Assembly (NCBI GenBank): GCA_963779345.1
Contig: CAVZXY010000006.1
Coordinates: 114,057 to 178,056 of the forward strand
Source: an uncultured Alphaproteobacteria bacterium
GTDB lineage: Bacteria; Pseudomonadota; Alphaproteobacteria; Rhizobiales; Xanthobacteraceae
Length of the DNA stretch: 64,000 nucleotides
Reading direction: 5' to 3'
Shown here: piece after piece, positions 50,511-58,730 of the stretch
How positions within the stretch are numbered: position 1 is the stretch's first letter
How the letters are laid out: the number at the start of each line of letters is the position of its first letter
Position numbers and translations under genes: made by a program
Notes under the pieces: model-generated
Database searches by the model: none
Seen by the model: the letters and a program-made list of their open reading frames with translations, nothing else
Told to the model about the DNA's origin: nothing

Positions 50511-50526
50511 TCCCCCGATTGGGGGA
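50511..50526. promoter_or_regulatory. Palindromic operator candidate
   Basis: TCCCCC-GATT-GGGGGA between the LuxR-type gene and the miniprotein cassette. Confidence 0.5.
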
Positions 50527-50578
50527 GATCAAAATTCACGTGTGACGGGAATGCGTGGAACTCGCCGACCCGGAGGGA

Positions 50579-51712
50579 TCAGCCCAGCAGCGGGCTGGTG
50601 TAGCCGGCAAAGAGTTTGACCAGGTCTGCCTGCCGGTGCGCGCCGGTCTTCTCGTAAAGGCGCTTGAGATGGGTTTTGACGGTGCTTTCGCCGATGCCGA
50701 GCGTTTCGGCCACTTCCGGCACGCCGCCAACCTCCACGATGGTCAGCAGCACGCGCACCTCCATCGCCGTCAACCGGTATGTCTTGGCAATCGCCTCGGG
50801 CGGGGACCGCGTTGCCAAAGCGGCTTTCTGCACGAACAGGACAGCCGCGGCCGCATAGCTCACGCCGGCGCTGCGGCGCGCGCCCGACGAGAGCGGCAGG
50901 ACATGAGCGACGTAGCGCTCGCCGTCACGCGCGACCAGCGGCACAGCCACGCCCCTGACGCCAATCGCCGCGTCGCCGGAGGCGGCAGCCTGAAAGGTGT
51001 CCCGCAACGCGCGGTTGACGTCAGGATCGCTCGCAGTGAGTCGGCCGAGCGGCGCGCGCAAGACATCGCCGTCGGCAATCAAGGCCTGGCCCGAGGCGTT
51101 GGCGTGGGTAACGCGGCCGCTCGAATCCACGAACACCATGCTTGCGCTCAGCCCGTCGAGCGCATCGGCCAACGCGGCGGCCTGCGCCGTTTTGAACTCG
51201 ATGAGCTTTGCGATCAGCACGGCACGGCGAAGGTGTGGGACCAGCAGCCGCAGGCGCTCGCGCGCCGGTTCGTCGGCGAGGCCTTCGCGCTCATGGCGAA
51301 ACAAAGCGAAACCTGCGTGGCCTTCGGGCGCTCTGTCGAGATAGACAACGATGTTGTCGATCCAGCCCTGTGGCCGGATACACTCCTTATAGAAGCGCGA
51401 TTGCAGAAACTCGGCATGCGACATGACCGTCGACGTGCTGAAGACTTCCCCGACGTCGAGCACGAAATAGGTGCCGAACATCGGATCCATCGTTATGTAT
51501 TTCTCAAGATAGACTTTGTGGAAATCAGGGTCGGTTCCGAACTCGTAGAATACGTTCCCGCTCCTTCGCACCGAATCTTGCGCGAACAAGCCGCCCGCCG
51601 ATGCACCGACAAAGGCTCCGATCCTGGGCAGAATGACGTTCCAGGAATCGGGATTCAGCGCGGCATCGTAAATGCCGCCAATCAGCTGGAGTAACGTTGC
51701 GTCCGGTTCCAT
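50579..51712 (-). CDS. LuxR-type HTH regulator with GAF/PAS-like sensory region
   Basis: LIGGIYDAALNP.W N-terminus; PAS-like VFVDSSGRVTHAN; C-terminal LT..E...VKTHLKRLYEKTG..RQADLV. Confidence 0.9.
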   Translation of the reverse strand: MEPDATLLQLIGGIYDAALNPDSWNVILPRIGAFVGASAGGLFAQDSVRRSGNVFYEFGTDPDFHKVYLEKYITMDPMFGTYFVLDVGEVFSTSTVMSHAEFLQSRFYKECIRPQGWIDNIVVYLDRAPEGHAGFALFRHEREGLADEPARERLRLLVPHLRRAVLIAKLIEFKTAQAAALADALDGLSASMVFVDSSGRVTHANASGQALIADGDVLRAPLGRLTASDPDVNRALRDTFQAAASGDAAIGVRGVAVPLVARDGERYVAHVLPLSSGARRSAGVSYAAAAVLFVQKAALATRSPPEAIAKTYRLTAMEVRVLLTIVEVGGVPEVAETLGIGESTVKTHLKRLYEKTGAHRQADLVKLFAGYTSPLLG

Positions 51713-51781
51713 ATGCAGGCACCCCCCACAGGCGTCCGGAATGCTATCATACTACCGACGCAAATGGTGGACTCAACCTAA

Positions 51782-53211
51782 CACTACTTTGGCAGATTCA
51801 TTCATACGGCGGCTCGGTGCCAATCCATCTTCTGCAGTGCGGGCAGCGCTGAGGTGGCAATCGACCGATGATCTCGACGATGGCGTGACGCACGGCCGGT
51901 AAGCTTGGTTGGGGCGGTGGCCCGTTGATTCTTTTTTTCCCGCTTCGCTTTTGCGAGGCGGCGATGCTGGAGGAAGGCATAAGCGATCATCGTCATGAGC
52001 GCGTGACGATGAAGGCCTTGCCAGGATCGTCCCTCGAAGTGGTCGAGGCCGAGTTCCTCTTTCAGTTGCTGATGGGCCTGTTCACAGATCCATCGCGCCT
52101 TGATCGTGGCAGCTAATGTGCGCAGGCCTGTTTTTGCCGATAGATTGGCCAGATAGTATTTCTTCTCTCCCGACATCCGCTGTTCGCCGATCAGCCAGGC
52201 CTCTTCGCCCGGCATGTGTTGTTGACCCATGTCCCTGATCCGCTGCGGAGGGCCGTCGGCGGTACGCACACGGACGGCGGCAAAGCGAGCTTTCAGCGGG
52301 CCCTTCGTGCCGTTTCGCCAGCTCACCGTTTGCCACTTGGCTTCGGCCAGCATGTCTTCGGCTGGCACGGACAGAATATCCGGGATGTGCCGCATACGGG
52401 GACGGCCGCGCGCGGCTTTTGGCCAGATAAGCTTCACCCCAACAGGGTAGACCTTGAGGTGACGCGGGATGCCAACCGCCCAGGCAAGGCTGCGAGCTGT
52501 GAGCGCCTGGCGGAACGGTGCGCTCAGTCCATAGCCGGCATCCGCCAGCACACAGCCGAAGCGCACACCGGCCGCCATCATGCGATCGATCTCGGCCAGA
52601 GCAATCTCCGGTTTTGTTCGTGCAGTTCGACGTTCGACCGGAACGCCCGCGCGTGCCAAACGCGCCGGATCGCTCGTCCAGTTATCGGGAAGGAACAGGC
52701 GTAGCGCTACCATCACCGGCACTTCGCCTCGCGCAAGCGTCAGCGACACCAGCGTTTGGCAGTTGGCGGTCTTGCCCAAGGCCGAAGCGTATTGCGGAGC
52801 GACACCGACCGAGTGCGTGCCCTTCTTCGGCATCGCCGTGTCGTCGATCACCAGCACGGCATCGTTGCCGCCGACGAGCCTGTCGGCCTGAACCAGCAAC
52901 TCCGCCTCCAACGGCGCCGCATCCCAGACGCCAGCAGCAACGAAATGATGCAACTGATCATAATCGCCAGGTGCAAACCGTTCCGCCATCGGCTGAACGC
53001 TCTTGCGATCGCCGGGACCAATAAGTCCCGCCACGTATAATGGACACATCAGGCGTCGTGCCTTGTGACCCAGCTTCTCGAGAAACGGAGACAGCCAAGT
53101 CCGTAATTCCGCATTCCAATTCTCGATCCGCGCCATGATCGTCACTCCGATTCAGTCGAACCGAAGCTCAAACCTAAATCCTTAACGCTTTATTAATCTG
53201 CCAAAGTAGTG
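51782..53211 (-). mobile_element. IS701-family insertion sequence
   Basis: 17-bp perfect IR CACTACTTTGGCAGATT; 4-bp target duplication CTAA (51778-51781, 53212-53215). Confidence 0.92.
51802..53145 (-). CDS. IS701 transposase
   Basis: IDDT..PKKG.HSVGV, ADAGYG, RWICE..K.ELGLDHFEGR. Confidence 0.95.
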   Translation of the reverse strand: MTIMARIENWNAELRTWLSPFLEKLGHKARRLMCPLYVAGLIGPGDRKSVQPMAERFAPGDYDQLHHFVAAGVWDAAPLEAELLVQADRLVGGNDAVLVIDDTAMPKKGTHSVGVAPQYASALGKTANCQTLVSLTLARGEVPVMVALRLFLPDNWTSDPARLARAGVPVERRTARTKPEIALAEIDRMMAAGVRFGCVLADAGYGLSAPFRQALTARSLAWAVGIPRHLKVYPVGVKLIWPKAARGRPRMRHIPDILSVPAEDMLAEAKWQTVSWRNGTKGPLKARFAAVRVRTADGPPQRIRDMGQQHMPGEEAWLIGEQRMSGEKKYYLANLSAKTGLRTLAATIKARWICEQAHQQLKEELGLDHFEGRSWQGLHRHALMTMIAYAFLQHRRLAKAKREKKNQRATAPTKLTGRASRHRRDHRSIATSALPALQKMDWHRAAV

Positions 53212-53371
53212 CTAAGATCATTGCATGCTGGGCCACCTCCGTTGGCGGCCCCGTTCGTTTGTTCGCGCTGACGAAAGTCCGCTATTGATGCTGTGGACGG
53301 CTCCTCCACCGGCACGTGAGTGCCATGAATGTGGGTGCTGCTAAGGCCCCCACAATTCGGAGGAGCTAAGT

Positions 53372-54403
53372 ATGCAAGCGATTACAACAATCGGTCTCGA
53401 TATCGCCAAGTCAGTATTCCAGGTTCACGGCGTCGATGCTGCTGGCCAAGTGGTTATCCGCCGTCGGTTGAAGCGCCGCTATGTTTTGGCGTTCTTCCAG
53501 AGGCTGCCGCCAAGCCTGGTCGGCATTGAAGCCTGTGCCTCATCGCACCATTGGTCGCGCGAGCTCAAAGCACTTGGCCACACAGTGCGGCTGATGCCGC
53601 CGGCCTACGTCAAGCCTTATGTGAAGCGGCAGAAGAACGATGCCACTGACGCTGAGGCGATCTGCGAAGCCGTCACCAGAGCCAGTATGCGGTTTGTGCC
53701 CACCAAGACGCCTGAGCAGCAGAGCTGCCTGATGCTTCATCGCACACGCCATCTGTTCATCCGCCAGCAGACTGCGGTGATCAACTCGATCCGCGCTCAC
53801 CTTGCCGAGCTCGGGATCGTCGCGCCGGTTGGCCGCAAAGGCGTCGAGGAACTGCTCCAAGTTATTGCCGATCCGAGCGACAAACGGGTGCCTGAGGTTG
53901 CCCGCGCGTGCCTTGCCGCACTCGGCTCTCAGCTGCGTAAGCTCAAGGAGCAGATTCTGGAGTTCGATCGGATGATCATGGCCTGGCACCGGTCCAATGA
54001 GGCGAGCAAGCGGCTCGATGTGATCCCCGGCGTCGGTCCGATGCTGGCCACCGCTCTGGTCGCCGGCGTCGCTGACCCAAAGGCCTTTCGATCAGGGCGC
54101 AACTTCTCGGCTTGGATCGGGCTGGTGCCGAAGCAACACTCAAGCGGAGGCAAGGACAGGCTCGGCAGTATCAGCAAACAAGGCGACCGCTATCTGCGCG
54201 GCCTGTTCGTGGCCGGCGCGCTCGCCGTCATCCGCTACGCCAAGATCCATGGCACCAAGCATCGGCCCTGGCTCACGGCATTGTTGGCTCGAAAGCCGAC
54301 CAAGGTTGCGGCCATCGCACTGGCCAACAAGCTCGCACGGATGGCCTGGGCCATGATGGCCAGAGGCGAGCGCTACAGGAATCCCGTCGCGCTTGCGGCG
54401 TGA
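53372..54403 (+). CDS. IS110 recombinase (DEDD RuvC-like + Tnp domain)
   Basis: GLDIAK, IEAC, KNDATDAEAI, GLVPKQHSSGG. Confidence 0.95.
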   Translation: MQAITTIGLDIAKSVFQVHGVDAAGQVVIRRRLKRRYVLAFFQRLPPSLVGIEACASSHHWSRELKALGHTVRLMPPAYVKPYVKRQKNDATDAEAICEAVTRASMRFVPTKTPEQQSCLMLHRTRHLFIRQQTAVINSIRAHLAELGIVAPVGRKGVEELLQVIADPSDKRVPEVARACLAALGSQLRKLKEQILEFDRMIMAWHRSNEASKRLDVIPGVGPMLATALVAGVADPKAFRSGRNFSAWIGLVPKQHSSGGKDRLGSISKQGDRYLRGLFVAGALAVIRYAKIHGTKHRPWLTALLARKPTKVAAIALANKLARMAWAMMARGERYRNPVALAA

Positions 54404-54459
54404 ACCGAGATCGCGTCGGCCATCCGGCGTGATGTGAAGGTTGGGAGGGCAAACAGCAC

Positions 54460-54630
54460 GTAATGCAGAGCCGGTCGATCCGGCGATCAGGACAACCCAC
54501 TAGTGCCATCGCATTCTTGAATGCGTGCTTTTGACCGGGACCTGATCCGCGGAGGGCATTATGGCCAGCGGCCTCATGTGCCGCGCTTAAAGGCCGAACA
54601 CATGGCTGCACCGACCAATGCTGCAAACGT
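54460..54630 (+). ncRNA. Predicted bridge/seek RNA of the IS1111 element
   Basis: Guide-like segments matching target (AGTGCCA, GCTTTTG) and donor (GCATTA, ACACATG) lie inside stem-loops; ends approximate. Confidence 0.7.
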
Positions 54631-54720
54631 GAAGAAAGCTCTTGCCAACTCGGAGCCGTCCACACATGGCACTTAGCGGAAGAAAAACCACCCGCGCCTC
54701 CCCAACGACTTCAACGGTGC

Positions 54721-54763
54721 AGAAGCACGAACGCGACGTGCAGTATTTCAAGCGACACTGACG
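54721..54763 (+). repeat. Diverged copy of the 3' end of 47426-47575 (KHERDVQYFKRH*)
   Basis: 37/43 nt identity; differences mostly synonymous. Confidence 0.85.
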
Positions 54764-54784
54764 CCGCTCGTCGGGGTCACGCCA

Positions 54785-55066
54785 TCACGAGTGTGAGAGG
54801 CGGCTGCTGTTAGCGTGCACGCAGCGGCGCAGCGGTGCATAGGCGCGTTCGGCGGCGACCATGATGGTCTCGCCGGCGAACAGTGCGTTGGCAAGCGCCA
54901 CTTCGGCGTCGGCAAAGGCCGCCACTTTTTCCGATACCATCAGGCGCGCTTCCACTTCGGCTTCGGGTCCGCCCTGCGCCAGGAACATCAGACGCATCGA
55001 GATGACGCCCTGCACCTCGCACGCAAACCGCACGGATTCGATCCAGGCATTCATTGATTCGAGCAC
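54785..55066 (-). CDS. Conserved-type rhizobial hypothetical protein
   Basis: GTG start after GGAGG; VISMRL...GG..EARLMVSEKVAA pattern. Confidence 0.65.
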   Translation of the reverse strand: MLESMNAWIESVRFACEVQGVISMRLMFLAQGGPEAEVEARLMVSEKVAAFADAEVALANALFAGETIMVAAERAYAPLRRCVHANSSRLSHS

Positions 55067-55292
55067 GATAGCCTCCGCTCGATCGACCGGCCGCGTAAGC
55101 TGCGGCGGCAATCTCAAGCGGAACCATCGCGCAAGATTTACAAGGATCGTTTAGACTATTAATTAAAACTGTTGGCACTTGGCTAACCGGCCGTGGGCGT
55201 TTCGGCCGCGACCCGTTTGGCTTCACTCCTTGAGTGACATCCCGGTTTCCTTGACCAGGCCGCCGAGCGGCACGTGCCCAAGGTGAAGTACT

Positions 55293-55910
55293 TCAAGCGG
55301 CGCTGCGCCTCGCCCCAGCCGCCTGCTCATATAGCTTGCGCATCTGCTGGCGCGCGTAAAACAGACGCGTTTTGATTGTGTTGGTCGGCACGCCGATGAT
55401 CTCGGCCACCTCGTTCACCGATTTCTCATGGTAGTACACGAGGTCGATAACCTCGCGATGCTTGGCGGGCAACTTGGTCAGGCATCCGCGCAGAACGGCA
55501 CCGGTGTCCTTCTTTTCGAGCGCAAGCTGAGAATCGTTCGCCTGATCGACGATCTCTTGCACCCCGGCGTCCTCGAGCGGCTCGTCCTGCCGCTGCTGCA
55601 TGACGGAGATCGCCTTGTAGCGCGCGATCGCCAGCACCCAGGTCGAGACCTTGCTGCGGTACTCGAAGCGGCCGGCCTGCCGCCACACTACGAAGAACAC
55701 TTCGCTGACGACATCCTCGGCTTTCGACGCGTCTTGGATGAGCCGCAAAACGAACCGGTACACCCGCACATTGTAGCGGTCGTAAAACGCCCGCATCGCC
55801 GACCGATCGCCAGCGGCAATACTGGCCAGCAAATCGCGGTCCGACTGTACCCGCTTTGCCGCTGGATGGCGGACGACGACGCCTTTTGTCTCAACATATG
55901 CCGTTTGCAC
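55293..55910 (-). CDS. ECF sigma-70 factor
   Basis: Region 2 AEDVVSEVF..VW, TWVLAIAR; region 4 EVAEIIGVPTNTIKTRL. Confidence 0.93.
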   Translation of the reverse strand: MQTAYVETKGVVVRHPAAKRVQSDRDLLASIAAGDRSAMRAFYDRYNVRVYRFVLRLIQDASKAEDVVSEVFFVVWRQAGRFEYRSKVSTWVLAIARYKAISVMQQRQDEPLEDAGVQEIVDQANDSQLALEKKDTGAVLRGCLTKLPAKHREVIDLVYYHEKSVNEVAEIIGVPTNTIKTRLFYARQQMRKLYEQAAGARRSAA

Positions 55911-56058
55911 GAATCCACTCCGAGACTGCCTTTTCCCCGCCTGTCGTCTTTTGGCGGCATCGTAGCGAGGTCCTGAATTGGGAGTGTGAAGCAGCTCACA
56001 ACGGGCGAGGATTTACCGGCAACCAGGGGCGGCCGGCCGTCAACGGTTTGACTTGCGC

Positions 56059-56676
56059 TTACCCGTGATGCGCGACGCCGAGCGCTTCCTCGCCGCGATC
56101 GAGGATCAACGGCACGATCAGGTCTTCTTCGTCGTCGAGATGGCGGACCAACCCTTTGAGCAGGCCGCCGCTGGCGGCCGCGTAGTCGTCGCCACACTGC
56201 CGCAGCGCCTGCGGCTCGCTCGCCAGGGCACGCAACAGCGCGTTGGCCGTGCTCGCGGTGTTCTCCATGTCGGCGTGGATGGCGTGGTGATCGCCTTCCA
56301 GCACGTCGAAGCCGCGCGCCAGCCTGGCGTCGGCGGCGCGGAAGATCGGAAAATAATGCAGATCCTCGATCTGATGGTGCACGTTGAGCTGCGACAGCAG
56401 AAACTGCAGCCGGGGCACGAGATGGCGCGGCAATTCCGCGGGCGACAGCGCGCCGTCGCGGAATTGCGTTTCGATCGCCTGGATCGCCGCGGCGAGCTCG
56501 CGGAACATGGCATGGCGCGACAGCCAGAATCGCGCCATCTCGCCGAGATTAATATGGCTCTGCCATTGCTCGCGCGGGAAGCGCGCGACCAGCACGCGCA
56601 AATCCTCCGGCCAGCCGCTGCGGCGGGCCAAAGCGAGCGCCTCCAGGTCGGTCGTGCTGGGCATTTCGATGGTCAT
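56059..56676 (-). CDS. Hemerythrin/HHE domain protein
   Basis: RHAMFR, HHQIED..YFP, LEGDH, HLDDEE. Confidence 0.85.
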   Translation of the reverse strand: MTIEMPSTTDLEALALARRSGWPEDLRVLVARFPREQWQSHINLGEMARFWLSRHAMFRELAAAIQAIETQFRDGALSPAELPRHLVPRLQFLLSQLNVHHQIEDLHYFPIFRAADARLARGFDVLEGDHHAIHADMENTASTANALLRALASEPQALRQCGDDYAAASGGLLKGLVRHLDDEEDLIVPLILDRGEEALGVAHHG

Positions 56677-56755
56677 GGCGGGCCTTACATAACGGTCGCC
56701 CGCCCAATTACCAATGGCCGGGACAAACAGGGCCGCCGCACGGTAAATGGTGCGG

Positions 56756-57634
56756 ATGGACGCGCCCACCACAGTCGCCCGCTTGGCCTGCGACGAGCCG
56801 ACCGCCCGACGGCTGGCGGCTTATCTCGGCGAGATCTTCGGCGCCGATGACACCGCCTGCGCCGCCTTCGAGGGCGACGACGGCCGGTGGCAGGTTGCAA
56901 TCCATTTCCGCGACAGACCTGATGAAGCCGAATTGCGCACGCAGGTCGCGCTCGCGGCCGGCGATCACGCGGCGGCGGCGCTCAGCATCGAGCCGGTTCA
57001 GCCCGCCGACTGGGTCAAGCAAAGCCTTGCCGGCCTGCAGCCGGTGCGCGCCGGCCGTTTTCTTGTGCACGGGGCGCATGACCGCGGCCGCGTCAGGCCG
57101 AACGACATCGCCATCGAAATCGAGGCGGCGCTCGCCTTCGGCACAGGCCACCACGGCACCACGCGCGGCTGCCTGCTGGCGCTCCACGTTCTGGCGAAGC
57201 GGCAGCGGGTTGCGCGCGTGCTCGACGTCGGCACCGGGTCTGGCGTGCTGGCGATCGCGGCGGCAAAGCGGCTGCACGTGCGCGTCACCGCCAGCGACAT
57301 CGACCGCATCGCCGTCGAGGCGGCGCGCGGCAATGCGCGGCTCAACCGCGCCGGCACGGCGATCGCCTTCGTGCGCGCCGCCGGCGCCACGGCGCGCGCG
57401 ATCACGGCAAGCGCACCTTACGATCTCATCTTCGCCAATATCCTGCTCGGCCCCCTCGTAAGGCTCGCGGTGCCGCTTACGCGCCTTGCCGCGCCGCGTG
57501 CACGTATCGTGCTCTCCGGTCTTTTGCCCACGCACGCCAACGCCGCGCTGGCGGTCTATCGCGCGCAGGGCATGGTACTCGAGCGGCGCATCCCGCTCGA
57601 CGGTTGGGTCACGCTGGTGCTGCAACGCCGGTGA
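56756..57634 (+). CDS. prmA: Ribosomal protein L11 methyltransferase
   Basis: AFGTGHHGTT, LDVGTGSGVLAIAA, ANIL. Confidence 0.93.
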   Translation: MDAPTTVARLACDEPTARRLAAYLGEIFGADDTACAAFEGDDGRWQVAIHFRDRPDEAELRTQVALAAGDHAAAALSIEPVQPADWVKQSLAGLQPVRAGRFLVHGAHDRGRVRPNDIAIEIEAALAFGTGHHGTTRGCLLALHVLAKRQRVARVLDVGTGSGVLAIAAAKRLHVRVTASDIDRIAVEAARGNARLNRAGTAIAFVRAAGATARAITASAPYDLIFANILLGPLVRLAVPLTRLAAPRARIVLSGLLPTHANAALAVYRAQGMVLERRIPLDGWVTLVLQRR

Positions 57635-57651
57635 CGACGCGCGCGGGCGCC

Positions 57652-57846
57652 TCAGTCGTCCTCATCCAATGTTCGCGGCATGAGATGGGCGTGCTTCCGG
57701 ATTTCCCGCTCGGCCTGCATCCTGCGCGTTCCGTGCAAGATCGCTATGAAGCGCATGAGCCAGCCCGGACGCCGCCGCGCCGACTCTCCGGTTTTGTTGG
57801 CGGTCCGGGCAGAGCCGCGCGCCGCGCCACATGCGATGGCCTCCAT
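57652..57846 (-). CDS. Small hypothetical protein, paralog of 58132-58380
   Basis: RBS AAGGAG; W..RF...L...R..QA..E...H..L.P..LDE shared. Confidence 0.6.
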   Translation of the reverse strand: MEAIACGAARGSARTANKTGESARRRPGWLMRFIAILHGTRRMQAEREIRKHAHLMPRTLDEDD

Positions 57847-58131
57847 TCATTGTCTCCTTCACGGTCGACGTCTCGCAATAAGAGTGCGATTCGTACCCAG
57901 CCGCCGCGGCGGAAAATGATCGGCTTCGCACCCGCGTGCTAGCCGCCGCCGCGCATAGAGACGTGCCGTCAGGCGCATGGAATAAATGCTCAATTAAACG
58001 AAACTGAATACGTCGACCGAGAACCGCGCGTCTATCGCGATCCGAACGCGGCTCTGGTTGGATGCACAAAAACAAAAACGTCCCGGGCGGGGAGCCCCAG
58101 GGCGGTTTCGCGGTGGTGAAAGCCGAGGCTG

Positions 58132-58380
58132 TCAGAGCCCGAACGGCATGTCGCTCGAGCCGATCTTGACCAGCCGGTTGCCGCGCTCGTCGAGCGAGTA
58201 CGGCAGCAACTGGATATGCGCGGCAAGTTCGCATCGGGCCTGCTGCATGCGCGATTCCACGAGCGCGTCCATGAAGCGGGCGAACCAGGTTTTGCCCGGC
58301 GCAGCGGTCTTGGCACGCGCGGCCTTCGCGACCGGTTCGGCAGCGGGTACGCGGGCAACGCCATAAGTAACGGCGACCAT
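58132..58380 (-). CDS. Small hypothetical protein
   Basis: RBS AAGGAG; start MVAVTYG. Confidence 0.65.
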   Translation of the reverse strand: MVAVTYGVARVPAAEPVAKAARAKTAAPGKTWFARFMDALVESRMQQARCELAAHIQLLPYSLDERGNRLVKIGSSDMPFGL

Positions 58381-58730
58381 TTTATCGCTCCTTCTCAACA
58401 GCAAAACGTCAGGGAACCCTGGCAATTCGTCTCTGACTATTGCATCGCAACATAAACTAAAGGAGCCATGCGAACCACGCATCACATTGCATGGAAGCCC
58501 CGTGGATTGGGCATAAGCGCATTAATGAATTGGAGAGATCGGTGGCATCATTGCGGCAAATAAAGTGCACTGCACAAAATTGAGTCATGACGCGGATTGC
58601 TTGCTGAATCCGTTGCCAGCGCCGTGCCGGATTATGTCGACATTGCCCAAGACCATGGCGCGCATGCCTCGCCCGGCGCCTGGCGCATGCCTGCGTTGCT
58701 CGGCGCACGAAGCAGGTTAGAGTGCCGCCC

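Larger units (their letters stand above)
53288..54668 (+). mobile_element. IS110 family, IS1111 subgroup element
   Basis: Subterminal IRs TGTGGACGGCTCC (53292-53304) and GGAGCCGTCCACA (54652-54664); TG core at 53286-53287 and 54667-54668; long 3' non-coding region. Confidence 0.88.
47576..54720. mobile_element. Genomic island bounded by diverged direct repeats
   Basis: 47535-47577 vs 54721-54763 share 37/43 nt; lower GC; three IS elements; no integrase. Confidence 0.7.

Noticed and set aside
53182-53196. TTAA-N7-TTAA CtrA-like site in the IS701 end
   Set aside because: AT-rich IS terminus; may be chance and has no independent support
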